64,000 nucleotides of DNA from a virus (lineage: Duplodnaviria; Caudoviricetes): the IMG/VR virus record IMGVR_UViG_3300025889_000071; one strand, written 5' to 3'. Below are positions 9,648 through 17,483 of the stretch, one piece after another (positions within the stretch are counted from its first letter, which is position 1; each line of letters opens with the position of its first letter). The position numbers and the translations under genes were made by a program. The notes under the pieces are model-generated. The model was given only the letters and a program-made list of their open reading frames with translations, searched no databases and was not told the origin of the DNA.

Positions 9648-9676
9648 TTGACAAACACTTAAAATATGTGTACAAT
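9648..9676 (+). promoter_or_regulatory. Sigma70-type promoter
   Basis: TTGACA-17-TACAAT. Confidence 0.8.
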
Positions 9677-9729
9677 TACCTTTGTGGAGGTTGATAAAAA
9701 TAAAAGCTAAATATTTCTTTTAGATACTT

Positions 9730-10209
9730 ATGAAAACGATTGAAAGACACAGATACAAAGACAAGGAGATATTTGAGACACGCACTCTAAAGTTTAGACC
9801 ATTTGAATATAAAGATATTGATTTGGTGATGTTAATGATTGCAGAGAATCTCACACCAAAGATGGTATCAAAAAAATATAGAGAAGAGAATAAAGATAAT
9901 CCAATGTTTGGACATTGCTATCATTCTTCTCAAGCATTATATTATCTTATGAATACAGATGTATTGGAACAAATGAGTGCAATTGATTATCATGATGAAG
10001 CACATTGGTGGTTAAGAGATAAGTATACGCATGAAGTGTATGATATTACTGCAGATCAATACTATTCAGTCAATCAAGTTCCACCATATGCACAAGGTAA
10101 AAAGAAAGCTTGGTATGGATGGAAACAGAGACCACATCAAAGAACATTAGATTTGATGGTAAAGGTTTTAAGTAATAGACTTATTTCAGATGAAGTGTTG
10201 ACATATTAA
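9730..10209 (+). CDS. Hypothetical protein with a possible Cys-His-Asp (papain/transglutaminase-like) triad
   Basis: GHCY...HWWL...YDIT motif order; late-type GCTAAATA at 9706-9713. Confidence 0.6.
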   Translation: MKTIERHRYKDKEIFETRTLKFRPFEYKDIDLVMLMIAENLTPKMVSKKYREENKDNPMFGHCYHSSQALYYLMNTDVLEQMSAIDYHDEAHWWLRDKYTHEVYDITADQYYSVNQVPPYAQGKKKAWYGWKQRPHQRTLDLMVKVLSNRLISDEVLTY

Positions 10210-10211
10210 AC

Positions 10212-10239
10212 TGGGCCCTGTAAAGTGTCCTAGTGATGT
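10212..10239 (+). repeat. Cassette repeat copy 1
   Basis: TGGGCCC TGT AAAGTGT CCTAG TGATGT. Confidence 0.95.
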
Positions 10240-10269
10240 GAGGGAGAGCAATCAACTTCACAACACCAG

Positions 10270-10298
10270 TTGACAACGGTTCTCCGATTTGTTATACT
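10270..10298 (+). promoter_or_regulatory. Sigma70-type promoter
   Basis: TTGACA-17-TATACT. Confidence 0.8.
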
Positions 10299-10358
10299 GA
10301 CCTCATCAAACGAAACACTGTTTGATCTCGTATCCTTCTTCTAACATATTGAAGAAGT

Positions 10359-11597
10359 ATGCAAAAACCCACACTTTTTCAAACTTCAATTATGCAGACC
10401 AATCAAAATTTTATGATCCCGCTCAAGGAGCCTATTAGTCTTCTTGAATATGCTTACCTTCTGCTTAAGACCCGTAAGTTTTGTGCTCCAGAGCAATTCC
10501 AACGCCCTGAAGCATGGCAAGTAAAGGATCGTAAATCATTTTTTCAATCAGTGTTGATGAATCGTGCAGAAGGCACTCTTGTCTTGGTTGATATTCAACA
10601 ATGTATCGAACGTATGGAATATGGCGGAGATACAAGTAGCGATACTTATAAATTTTTCAAAAAATACTTTAATGAAGGGTTCAAGTATTTTGTTCTAGAT
10701 GGTAACAACCGTCTGTGCTTTATCACTTCTCTTCTAGAAGATAATTATCTTATTCCCGAAGGGACTTACGAATTTATCAGTGATGAAGTCAACGGAAACA
10801 TTTCATCATTTACTGTTCGCAAGGGAAAGCAAAAGTTCTCTGACCTGCCTACACGAGTTCAACGTGTTATTCAATCTCGAAAGTCTGTGTTGAGTGTCTA
10901 TACTCAAATTACCTTGGAAGGTATGTCTGAAGTGTTCCAAAATGTGAACTCTGGTGTTCCTCTTAACGCACAAGAACTTCGCAACGCATATTCTTCTCCT
11001 TGGGCTGAGTTTTTTCGCGATCTTTCAAAGGAGGTTGCACCTCTTCTTGGTTACACTCACAAAGACCCCATTTTCCGTCTTAAGGGTCAAGAATGGTTGG
11101 TTGATTGTATTGCCATGGCAATTGATGGAATTGCAATCAATGAAGTTACTGGAGAACTTCAATTTACTGGAGTTACACAAACATCTAAAAACAAACTGTA
11201 TAAGAGCACTTTCTTTACTCAAGAGGAGCAAAACTTCTATACTAATAAATTCATTGAATTGATGGATTTCATTTCTCAAATGCTCCATGATGAAATTCTT
11301 GAAGAAAAATCTCTCAAGCAAAAATCTAAAATCCAAAATCTTTATTGGATGATGACAACTGTTGATGGAATTGAGACCTATGATCAAGCAGTTGCAGCTG
11401 TTGAAAAGCAAGAAATTGCTTATCTTGACAAGCAACGTAAGTTTGGTGAAGAGGACAAAACCTTCCGTCAATGTTGTGAAGGCATGAATGCTGAAAACTT
11501 GGAGGTTCGATACACAATTCTTACCGAAATTCTTACCGAAGTGGTCGGTGAGCGCAATGATTTCTCTACTCTCAATGAAGTTTTTGAAAGTGTCTGA
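10359..11597 (+). CDS. DUF262 (GmrSD N-terminal/ParB-Srx-like) domain protein
   Basis: FQRPEAW, VLDGNNRL and FQNVNSGVPLNAQE match the DUF262 motif order. Confidence 0.7.
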   Translation: MQKPTLFQTSIMQTNQNFMIPLKEPISLLEYAYLLLKTRKFCAPEQFQRPEAWQVKDRKSFFQSVLMNRAEGTLVLVDIQQCIERMEYGGDTSSDTYKFFKKYFNEGFKYFVLDGNNRLCFITSLLEDNYLIPEGTYEFISDEVNGNISSFTVRKGKQKFSDLPTRVQRVIQSRKSVLSVYTQITLEGMSEVFQNVNSGVPLNAQELRNAYSSPWAEFFRDLSKEVAPLLGYTHKDPIFRLKGQEWLVDCIAMAIDGIAINEVTGELQFTGVTQTSKNKLYKSTFFTQEEQNFYTNKFIELMDFISQMLHDEILEEKSLKQKSKIQNLYWMMTTVDGIETYDQAVAAVEKQEIAYLDKQRKFGEEDKTFRQCCEGMNAENLEVRYTILTEILTEVVGERNDFSTLNEVFESV

Positions 11598-11645
11598 ACC
11601 TTGCGTTAGTTAGGAAGGAGTTTCAAGGGTTCTTTGAGTAATCAT

Positions 11646-11673
11646 TGGGCCCTTCAAAGTGTTTTAGTTCTGT
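11646..11673 (+). repeat. Cassette repeat copy 2
   Basis: TGGGCCC TTC AAAGTGT TTTAG TTCTGT. Confidence 0.95.
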
Positions 11674-11686
11674 AACCATCTATTCT

Positions 11687-11878
11687 ATGAAACGAGAATT
11701 TATCTGCGTTCAACCAAAATCCAATAAAGCAAAGAATCGTTTTGCTAATGAGATGGATAAACTTCATTCTTGTGTTGTTGAACAACGCACAGGAGGAAAG
11801 GTGTTTCTATCTTCTATCAGTGGAAAATACTCTTTTTGGATGAGTGAATCCTCTGATGATAACTGGGACGTTATTTAG
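11687..11878 (+). CDS. Small hypothetical phage protein
   Basis: ATG 14 nt after repeat 2 (MKREFICVQPKS...); the track's longer start lies inside the repeat. Confidence 0.7.
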   Translation: MKREFICVQPKSNKAKNRFANEMDKLHSCVVEQRTGGKVFLSSISGKYSFWMSESSDDNWDVI

Positions 11879-12008
11879 CACTAGGCATAAATTTTTGTTG
11901 CCAAATGTCCTGATTTTCACACATTTTTGATAAATAGTGATAGAATTATGAGGTACACCCATGAATCCGTATTCTACATTATGATGTTCAATGTGCTTGG
12001 AGGATATT

Positions 12009-12185
12009 ATGCACAATCTTATTTCTTACAATCAACTTGCGGGTTGGAAGCAATTTGAAACGACACTGAATCATTTCAATGAGCAAAGCGATGTCATCAA
12101 TGATTACTACCAATGTTTAATAGAATGTGATGACAAACAGCATATCTGCAAAAAAATTTGTAAGGAGGTGCTCAATCAAGAATAA
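12009..12185 (+). CDS. Small Cys-containing hypothetical protein, probably late-expressed
   Basis: GGAGG RBS at 11998-12002 and late-type GATAAATA at 11929-11936. Confidence 0.7.
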   Translation: MHNLISYNQLAGWKQFETTLNHFNEQSDVINDYYQCLIECDDKQHICKKICKEVLNQE

Positions 12186-12198
12186 TAATAATACATAG

Positions 12199-12230
12199 CC
12201 CTTGACGTAACCCGTCAGGGGTTTTATACT
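12199..12230 (+). promoter_or_regulatory. Overlapping terminator-like hairpin and sigma70 promoter
   Basis: Stem CCCTTGACG/CGTCAGGGG followed by TTTT; TTGACG-17-TATACT. Confidence 0.75.
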
Positions 12231-12238
12231 AAAACTGG

Positions 12239-12676
12239 ATGGTAAATCTCATGAAACTGCAACCTCTTCTTCTGGCATTAACTGTTTTTTGTTCTGCTGC
12301 TCCTGCAAGTGCAGAGGTTTATATGTATCATGAATCATATTGCTATGAGAATATAGAAGAATATGTGCCAGGGTATCGTAATCGTTGGGGAAGATATGTT
12401 GGTGGTTATGTAAAGACAACTAGATCTAGAGTTCCATGCCACAGACATAGAAGTTATAGATCTGAACATCATCACTATCATTCCAATAACAACAATAATC
12501 AAAGCAAATCTAATGGAAAGAAAGACGATAATTCATGTATTGAAGGAAGTATATTAGGTGGTATTGCTGGTGGTGGTGCCGGTGCAGCTTTGTCTAGAGG
12601 AGATGGACGCTTTTGGGCGATTCCTACAGGCATTGTAGCTGGTGCATTAGTTGGATGTCAAATTGATGGCGGCTAA
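12239..12676 (+). CDS. Secreted/membrane protein with C-terminal glycine-zipper
   Basis: Signal peptide (LLLALTVFCSAAPASA) and GSILGGIAGGGAGAAL...GIVAGALVG. Confidence 0.75.
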   Translation: MVNLMKLQPLLLALTVFCSAAPASAEVYMYHESYCYENIEEYVPGYRNRWGRYVGGYVKTTRSRVPCHRHRSYRSEHHHYHSNNNNNQSKSNGKKDDNSCIEGSILGGIAGGGAGAALSRGDGRFWAIPTGIVAGALVGCQIDGG

Positions 12677-12704
12677 ACAAAAAAACATAGTCACTTATGT
12701 AACC

Positions 12705-12863
12705 ATGAATCTGGGGCAAGACAATACGTTTTGCAAATATCCTGGTAAAATGGTTACTATAGGAACGATGTCAATTGCACTATACTGGTTAGTAATGCTT
12801 GGTATGGTTGTAAACGCATATTATCATCATCACATCAACGTTGATATTGTTACAAAGTGTTAA
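12705..12863 (+). CDS. Small putative membrane protein
   Basis: One hydrophobic segment; start uncertain. Confidence 0.4.
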   Translation: MNLGQDNTFCKYPGKMVTIGTMSIALYWLVMLGMVVNAYYHHHINVDIVTKC

Positions 12864-12940
12864 GCAAATAAAAAGAGAATCTTAAAAAAACGGATCAGGT
12901 CAAAAATTCATAGTAAAATATTTTGAATCACACATAATCA

Positions 12941-13102
12941 ATGACCCGACCATCAAAATCCACCGAACTCACTCAAGAAGAGTGGAACGATATGAAAGCA
13001 ATCCGAAATGCTATCAAAGAAAGACCACATTCAGTTCATCCTGATAAGATGGAGGCATTTACAGAGTATTTGATTCGTAGCATGAGGGGAATGGATTGTT
13101 GA
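12941..13102 (+). CDS. Small hypothetical protein
   Basis: Hand-translated MTRPSKSTELTQEEW...; stop abuts repeat 3. Confidence 0.55.
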   Translation: MTRPSKSTELTQEEWNDMKAIRNAIKERPHSVHPDKMEAFTEYLIRSMRGMDC

Positions 13103-13105
13103 AAC

Positions 13106-13133
13106 TGGGCCCTTCAAAGTGTTCTGTTAATGT
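13106..13133 (+). repeat. Cassette repeat copy 3
   Basis: TGGGCCC TTC AAAGTGT TCTGT TAATGT. Confidence 0.95.
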
Positions 13134-13153
13134 AAGCACCATTCCAATGTAGC

Positions 13154-13336
13154 ATGATAGATTTAGATAAACTTTCGCACGAAGAAAAGGAAGCCCTTGC
13201 AGAAGATTGTGAGGACTATCTTTTACATCGTAACATTCCTCTCTTTTCGCATTCATATGATAACATCATTTTACATGCGTTAAGAGAGGGTTATCAGATA
13301 AAAAAGTTCGATCGTTTCACGAATAAACCACAATGA
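13154..13336 (+). CDS. Small hypothetical protein
   Basis: ORF directly downstream of repeat 3. Confidence 0.65.
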   Translation: MIDLDKLSHEEKEALAEDCEDYLLHRNIPLFSHSYDNIILHALREGYQIKKFDRFTNKPQ

Positions 13337-13479
13337 ACAATAAAAAAACAAACAAATCAAATCGTCAAGAAGAAAAATTTTGGAATCAAATTGAAAAGGA
13401 AGCTTCAAAGTATGAAGTAACCGTTGATTATTATTTGGATGAATTTGTTATTGATAATCAATACTTCATGAAAGATTGA
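13333..13479 (+). CDS. Small hypothetical protein
   Basis: ATGA overlap with the previous gene; hand-translated. Confidence 0.5.
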   Translation: MNNKKTNKSNRQEEKFWNQIEKEASKYEVTVDYYLDEFVIDNQYFMKD

Positions 13480-13504
13480 CAAGGACTTCATTTTTTATTA
13501 TACT
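13476..13504 (+). promoter_or_regulatory. Sigma70-type promoter
   Basis: TTGACA-17-TATACT. Confidence 0.75.
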
Positions 13505-13527
13505 TTTGAGGTAATCTAACCAAATCA

Positions 13528-13764
13528 ATGACAAAGTATTTCTACACTGTTGACCACTTCATTCCCTTTCCCCGTTCTGAATATGGTGGAGTGTGGGTTG
13601 TTGTTGCCGAAAATGATGAAGAATGTTTTGATCTGATCACTGCTGAAGATGAAGGAGCGAACGATGACTATTATGGTCGTCTTCGTGAAAACATCATGAA
13701 GGCACCAACATATGCTCTTGCTGAAGAGTATGATTCTGGTATTGTGGAGCAATTTACGACATGA
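13528..13764 (+). CDS. Small hypothetical phage protein
   Basis: GAGG RBS; downstream of a promoter. Confidence 0.7.
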   Translation: MTKYFYTVDHFIPFPRSEYGGVWVVVAENDEECFDLITAEDEGANDDYYGRLRENIMKAPTYALAEEYDSGIVEQFTT

Positions 13765-14048
13765 ATCTCAAAGATATTGAATTTGGTCATAAACCACCAA
13801 AAGGATTTCGGTATGAGGTAAGAGATTTCAAACGTAATGTTATTTCTATTTGGTTATGTCATCCAAATGTATACACATACAAATCTGAACCCATAAAAAC
13901 AATCTGGGGATTTTATGATACCAAGAAAAAACAATATCTTGCTCCTAAAGATTGTAAAACTGTAGGTAAAGTTGTAGATTTTGCAGATACAAGAAATTAT
14001 ACTGCGATGCAACTCAATCTAAATCCTCTAGAGAGAGCTTTTTTATGA
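13761..14048 (+). CDS. Small hypothetical phage protein
   Basis: ATGA-coupled to the previous gene. Confidence 0.7.
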   Translation: MNLKDIEFGHKPPKGFRYEVRDFKRNVISIWLCHPNVYTYKSEPIKTIWGFYDTKKKQYLAPKDCKTVGKVVDFADTRNYTAMQLNLNPLERAFL

Positions 14049-14317
14049 CATATACGCCAAAGGTTAATGATTATGTAAAATGGCATCATGGCGAATTTAT
14101 TGATGAAGGATGGGTTTATTTTCGATGTAGTGATTACATCACAATTGAAGTTGGAACAAAGGATAAACCAGATACATTAGTTGATATTCACAAGAAGACT
14201 CACATTCTTGTTGTATGTCAAAACTGGTATTGGCACGAGTTAGAGTATCTCCACAGTCGTGGGGATATTGGTGTAAGTGAGTATAAATCTCAAGAACATA
14301 GACCCATTGACCCTTAA
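14045..14317 (+). CDS. Small hypothetical phage protein
   Basis: ATGA-coupled. Confidence 0.65.
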   Translation: MTYTPKVNDYVKWHHGEFIDEGWVYFRCSDYITIEVGTKDKPDTLVDIHKKTHILVVCQNWYWHELEYLHSRGDIGVSEYKSQEHRPIDP

Positions 14318-14320
14318 ATC

Positions 14321-14464
14321 ATGTATCAAGTGAATTATCTTAAACCTAAAAAGAAAGGTTTTGCAAATCATTCAGCATCTTTCATCAAAATTGAAGATGC
14401 TATTTTTTGGGAGAAACTCAAAAAGACAGAGGGATGTAAGGATTTTCAAATTCTGGTTAAGTAA
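14321..14464 (+). CDS. Small hypothetical phage protein
   Basis: Hand-translated MYQVNYLKPKKKG...; stop 3 nt before repeat 4. Confidence 0.65.
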   Translation: MYQVNYLKPKKKGFANHSASFIKIEDAIFWEKLKKTEGCKDFQILVK

Positions 14465-14467
14465 AAC

Positions 14468-14495
14468 TGGGCCCTCTAAAGTGTTCCACTATTGT
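14468..14495 (+). repeat. Cassette repeat copy 4
   Basis: TGGGCCC TCT AAAGTGT TCCAC TATTGT. Confidence 0.95.
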
Positions 14496-14514
14496 AATCA
14501 ACGATTCACACAAA

Positions 14515-14655
14515 ATGGATTGGTTCGACGACATTCAAATTGAAGAACTTTCTAACTTTGATTATCAAGAAGATCCTCTCGAAGAGGAACTCTTTGAAGA
14601 AAACAATGATGAGAAAGCTTTTCAAGCATTTCTAAAGTCTAACTGGGATTTTTGA
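14515..14655 (+). CDS. Small acidic hypothetical protein
   Basis: Hand-translated MDWFDDIQIEE... Confidence 0.6.
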   Translation: MDWFDDIQIEELSNFDYQEDPLEEELFEENNDEKAFQAFLKSNWDF

Positions 14656-14694
14656 TCTAAACATTTATAACTTTTCACCTCAACTGTACTCAAA

Positions 14695-14874
14695 ATGAAC
14701 TCTTCTAGCACTCTTTACGAACTCCAAGAACTCAAGAAACTCTGGAGGAATCAATCTTTCTACTTTTCTCAAGAGCAAAAGAAACGTTATGAAGAACTTA
14801 CGAAACTTCGTCATGCTCGTGTCAAAGAATTGTATGAAAATGATATGGTCTTCAAACCTGGAGTAACTAAATAA
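14695..14874 (+). CDS. Small hypothetical protein
   Basis: Hand-translated MNSSSTLYELQELKKLW... Confidence 0.6.
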   Translation: MNSSSTLYELQELKKLWRNQSFYFSQEQKKRYEELTKLRHARVKELYENDMVFKPGVTK

Positions 14875-14968
14875 TCTGAATATATGTGGGCAGTCAACGC
14901 TGCAGGGGTGTAATGTTGACGTAAGTCCCACTTTATGTTATAAATAATGATACCCCTGCAAAAGAATT

Positions 14969-15277
14969 ATGAAAGATGTATTCGCGTCCCTGCAAGAAAT
15001 GGAGTGGGACGACTATATCCCACCCGAAGATATTATCTCCATTCATGATACCGACTTCACAAAACTTCCACGCTGCGAATGGAAGACTAAAAGGTATTGG
15101 TGGAATAATGGAGTTGATGAAACATTGCAAGAAAAATGTCCTCCTGGATGGAAAAGGGGCAGGGCAATGAGTGAAGAGCATAAAAATAAATTTAAATGTC
15201 AACCTGGCAGGCAAAAAGGTATCCCAAAAAATACAAACAGAAAAAGAGACAGTAAAGGGAGAGTTTGTGGCAGTTGA
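14969..15277 (+). CDS. Homing-endonuclease-derived DNA-binding protein (NUMOD3-like) with no visible nuclease domain
   Basis: WWNNG...CPPGWKRGR followed by MSEEHKNK; TATAAATA late promoter at 14939-14946. Confidence 0.55.
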   Translation: MKDVFASLQEMEWDDYIPPEDIISIHDTDFTKLPRCEWKTKRYWWNNGVDETLQEKCPPGWKRGRAMSEEHKNKFKCQPGRQKGIPKNTNRKRDSKGRVCGS

Positions 15278-15344
15278 AGAGGTGTCCCTGACCCCTTGAC
15301 TTCTAGCGGCAATAAATATAAGATATGAGTAGTCAAGAACACCA

Positions 15345-15914
15345 ATGAAAACCTTTTCTTCTTTTTTAGCAGAAGTTTATGATCGTGATGTCATGGGTTC
15401 TTCACAAATTCGCAAACAAGGCGAAGGTGGAAGAGTTGGAGCTGATCGTAGAAAGACAGAAGCTGAAAAGCGTCGCACCAAGTTAGGACCAGGAGGAACA
15501 AGAGTTCCTGCTAAATCTTACAAACCAAGAAAAGATATTGGTACGCAAAGACAAGCATCTACAAGATTGCAGCAACCAGAGAAAGAAAGAGGTGCTGCTG
15601 ATGTAAAAGCAAGAGCAGCTGCAGCAGCAAAGGAAGAAAGAAAGAAAGCAGCACAGGCAAGAATTGCTGCAAGAAAAGCAGGCAAACCTGCACCAACAGC
15701 ACAAAAACCAAAATCAAAAGATGCTGAAAAGGAAGGCACTAAATTACTCTCAAAAAAAGGGACTACTCAAAAGAAAACTGGTGAGAAAATTGAAAGAACA
15801 ACTTCACGCCAATACACCAGAGATGAAAAGAAAAGAATGGTAAGAGCTGGCAAGAGATTGCAAAAAGATTTGCAAAAAGGAGTTGATAGACCTGCTTCAC
15901 ATTACCAACCATAA
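15345..15914 (+). CDS. Basic protein with a T4-like capsid-targeting N-terminus (internal head protein candidate)
   Basis: MKTFSSFLAE resembles the T4 internal-protein CTS MKTYQEFIAE; Lys/Arg/Ala-rich; AATAAATA at 15311-15318. Confidence 0.6.
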   Translation: MKTFSSFLAEVYDRDVMGSSQIRKQGEGGRVGADRRKTEAEKRRTKLGPGGTRVPAKSYKPRKDIGTQRQASTRLQQPEKERGAADVKARAAAAAKEERKKAAQARIAARKAGKPAPTAQKPKSKDAEKEGTKLLSKKGTTQKKTGEKIERTTSRQYTRDEKKRMVRAGKRLQKDLQKGVDRPASHYQP

Positions 15915-15920
15915 TCTCAC

Positions 15921-15948
15921 TGGGCCCTTCAAAGTGTCCTTGTAGTGA
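15921..15948 (+). repeat. Cassette repeat copy 5
   Basis: TGGGCCC TTC AAAGTGT CCTTG TAGTGA. Confidence 0.95.
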
Positions 15949-15962
15949 GTCCATAATCGTCC

Positions 15963-15999
15963 ATAACACCCTTGACACTGACGTTGAGGGTGTTATACT
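15963..15999 (+). promoter_or_regulatory. Sigma70 promoter embedded in an inverted repeat
   Basis: TTGACA-16-TATACT within the ATAACACCCT/AGGGTGTTAT palindrome. Confidence 0.75.
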
Positions 16000-16022
16000 A
16001 TCTTTATCGTAATTCTATTTTG

Positions 16023-17213
16023 ATGGTCACACTTCGTCCTCATCAGCAACGTATTCTTGATCGTATGCTTGCCTATGATAAGGGTCAAATTATTGTGCCT
16101 ACTGGTGGTGGCAAAACTATCTGTATGATTCAAGATGTTGCAGAGAATTGTAAGCACATTGATAACGGAATGACCACGGTTGTGGTTGCTCCTCGTATTC
16201 TTCTTGCAGAACAACTTTGCAGCGAGTTTCTGGAGATTATTGATACAAATTACAATCACATTATGCACGTTCATAGTGGTGAGACACATCACTTCTCTAC
16301 CACTAATCCAGAGAAGATTGCATTGTTTGCTAACACTGCTCGCACAGCTGGTGAGAATGTAATCATCTTCACCACCTATCATTCTCTGGACAGAGTTCGT
16401 CAAGCAGATATTGAAGTTAATAACATTTACTTTGATGAAGCACACAATTCTGTTCAACGAAACTTCTTTCCTTCTACAGAGTTTTTCTCTCATGATGCTG
16501 ATCGTTGCTATTTCTTTACTGCGACTCCGAAACATTCTCTTACGGTGAGCAAACCAGGGATGAATGACCCAGAAGTTTATGGTCAAGTCCTGGTCAATGT
16601 TCCTGCTCCAGAGCTTGTTGATGGTGGATACATTCTCCCTCCCAAAGTTGTTGTAAAGCAACTTGATATGGTTCAGGATAAGTTCAAGATTTGGTCTCGT
16701 GATTGTGACTTTCTGATGCAGACCATTGATGACCAGCAAACTGATAAAGTTCTGGTCTGTGCTCGCACTACCAAACAGATTGTTGGTCTTATCGGTGAGA
16801 GTGATTTTGCACTTGAATGTGCCAAACGTGGCATGTCTTGGATGACAATCACCAGCAAGACTGGTGCTATCATTGACGGTCAGAAAGTGAACCGTGAGGT
16901 ATTTTTTGACACTCTCAATGCTTGGGGTAAAGATTCCAACAAGAAGTTTGTGGTTCTTCATCACTCTATTCTATCTGAAGGTATCAACGTAAATGGTTTA
17001 GAGTCGGTAATTTTCCTCCGCAACATGGACTTTATAGGTATTAGCCAGTCTATTGGACGAGTTATACGTCTAGGAGGCAGCCACAAGACCTTTGGATTGG
17101 TCTGTGTGCCCGTTTATGACTCTGTGGGTATCTCTACCTCCCGCAAGGTTCAGGCAGTCGTTGACACCGTATTTGAGCAAGGTTTGCCAGCAGTTTCGGA
17201 GATCCGCAGATGA
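16023..17213 (+). CDS. Superfamily 2 DEAH-box helicase (ResIII-like)
   Basis: PTGGGKT, DEAH, TAT, LSEGIN and QSIGRVIR motifs; start moved to the ATG downstream of the promoter. Confidence 0.9.
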   Translation: MVTLRPHQQRILDRMLAYDKGQIIVPTGGGKTICMIQDVAENCKHIDNGMTTVVVAPRILLAEQLCSEFLEIIDTNYNHIMHVHSGETHHFSTTNPEKIALFANTARTAGENVIIFTTYHSLDRVRQADIEVNNIYFDEAHNSVQRNFFPSTEFFSHDADRCYFFTATPKHSLTVSKPGMNDPEVYGQVLVNVPAPELVDGGYILPPKVVVKQLDMVQDKFKIWSRDCDFLMQTIDDQQTDKVLVCARTTKQIVGLIGESDFALECAKRGMSWMTITSKTGAIIDGQKVNREVFFDTLNAWGKDSNKKFVVLHHSILSEGINVNGLESVIFLRNMDFIGISQSIGRVIRLGGSHKTFGLVCVPVYDSVGISTSRKVQAVVDTVFEQGLPAVSEIRR

Positions 17214-17452
17214 GTTATCAACCAACAAATTCTTATATTCTTGAACCACAACAATCCCCACTAGGTTTTATTGTTGGTAACTGGAATGACCCTAATGTTT
17301 ATGCAGCAGTGCCATTGTCTGGTAGTAAAACACAATTAGTTGTTATACATCGCGGGAGACAAATTAAAACATGTCGCAATCGCCAATCAGCAATCAACTT
17401 TATTGAAAAACATAGAAAAGGTAAAAGTGTAGCAAAACTGCCCATTGATTGA
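17210..17452 (+). CDS. Small hypothetical protein
   Basis: ATGA-coupled; stop 3 nt before repeat 6. Confidence 0.65.
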   Translation: MSYQPTNSYILEPQQSPLGFIVGNWNDPNVYAAVPLSGSKTQLVVIHRGRQIKTCRNRQSAINFIEKHRKGKSVAKLPID

Positions 17453-17455
17453 TAG

Positions 17456-17483
17456 TGGGCCCTTCAAAGTGTCCTTATAGTAT
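17456..17483 (+). repeat. Cassette repeat copy 6
   Basis: TGGGCCC TTC AAAGTGT CCTTA TAGTAT. Confidence 0.95.

Noticed and set aside
12009-12185. CP12 (Calvin-cycle inhibitor) call for the small Cys-containing protein
   Set aside because: It lacks the AWD_VEEL core and the C-terminal CxxxPxxxEC pattern of CP12.
15993-16964. 323-aa minus-strand ORF opposite the helicase
   Set aside because: It fully overlaps a motif-complete SF2 helicase and has no recognisable motifs; antisense shadow.
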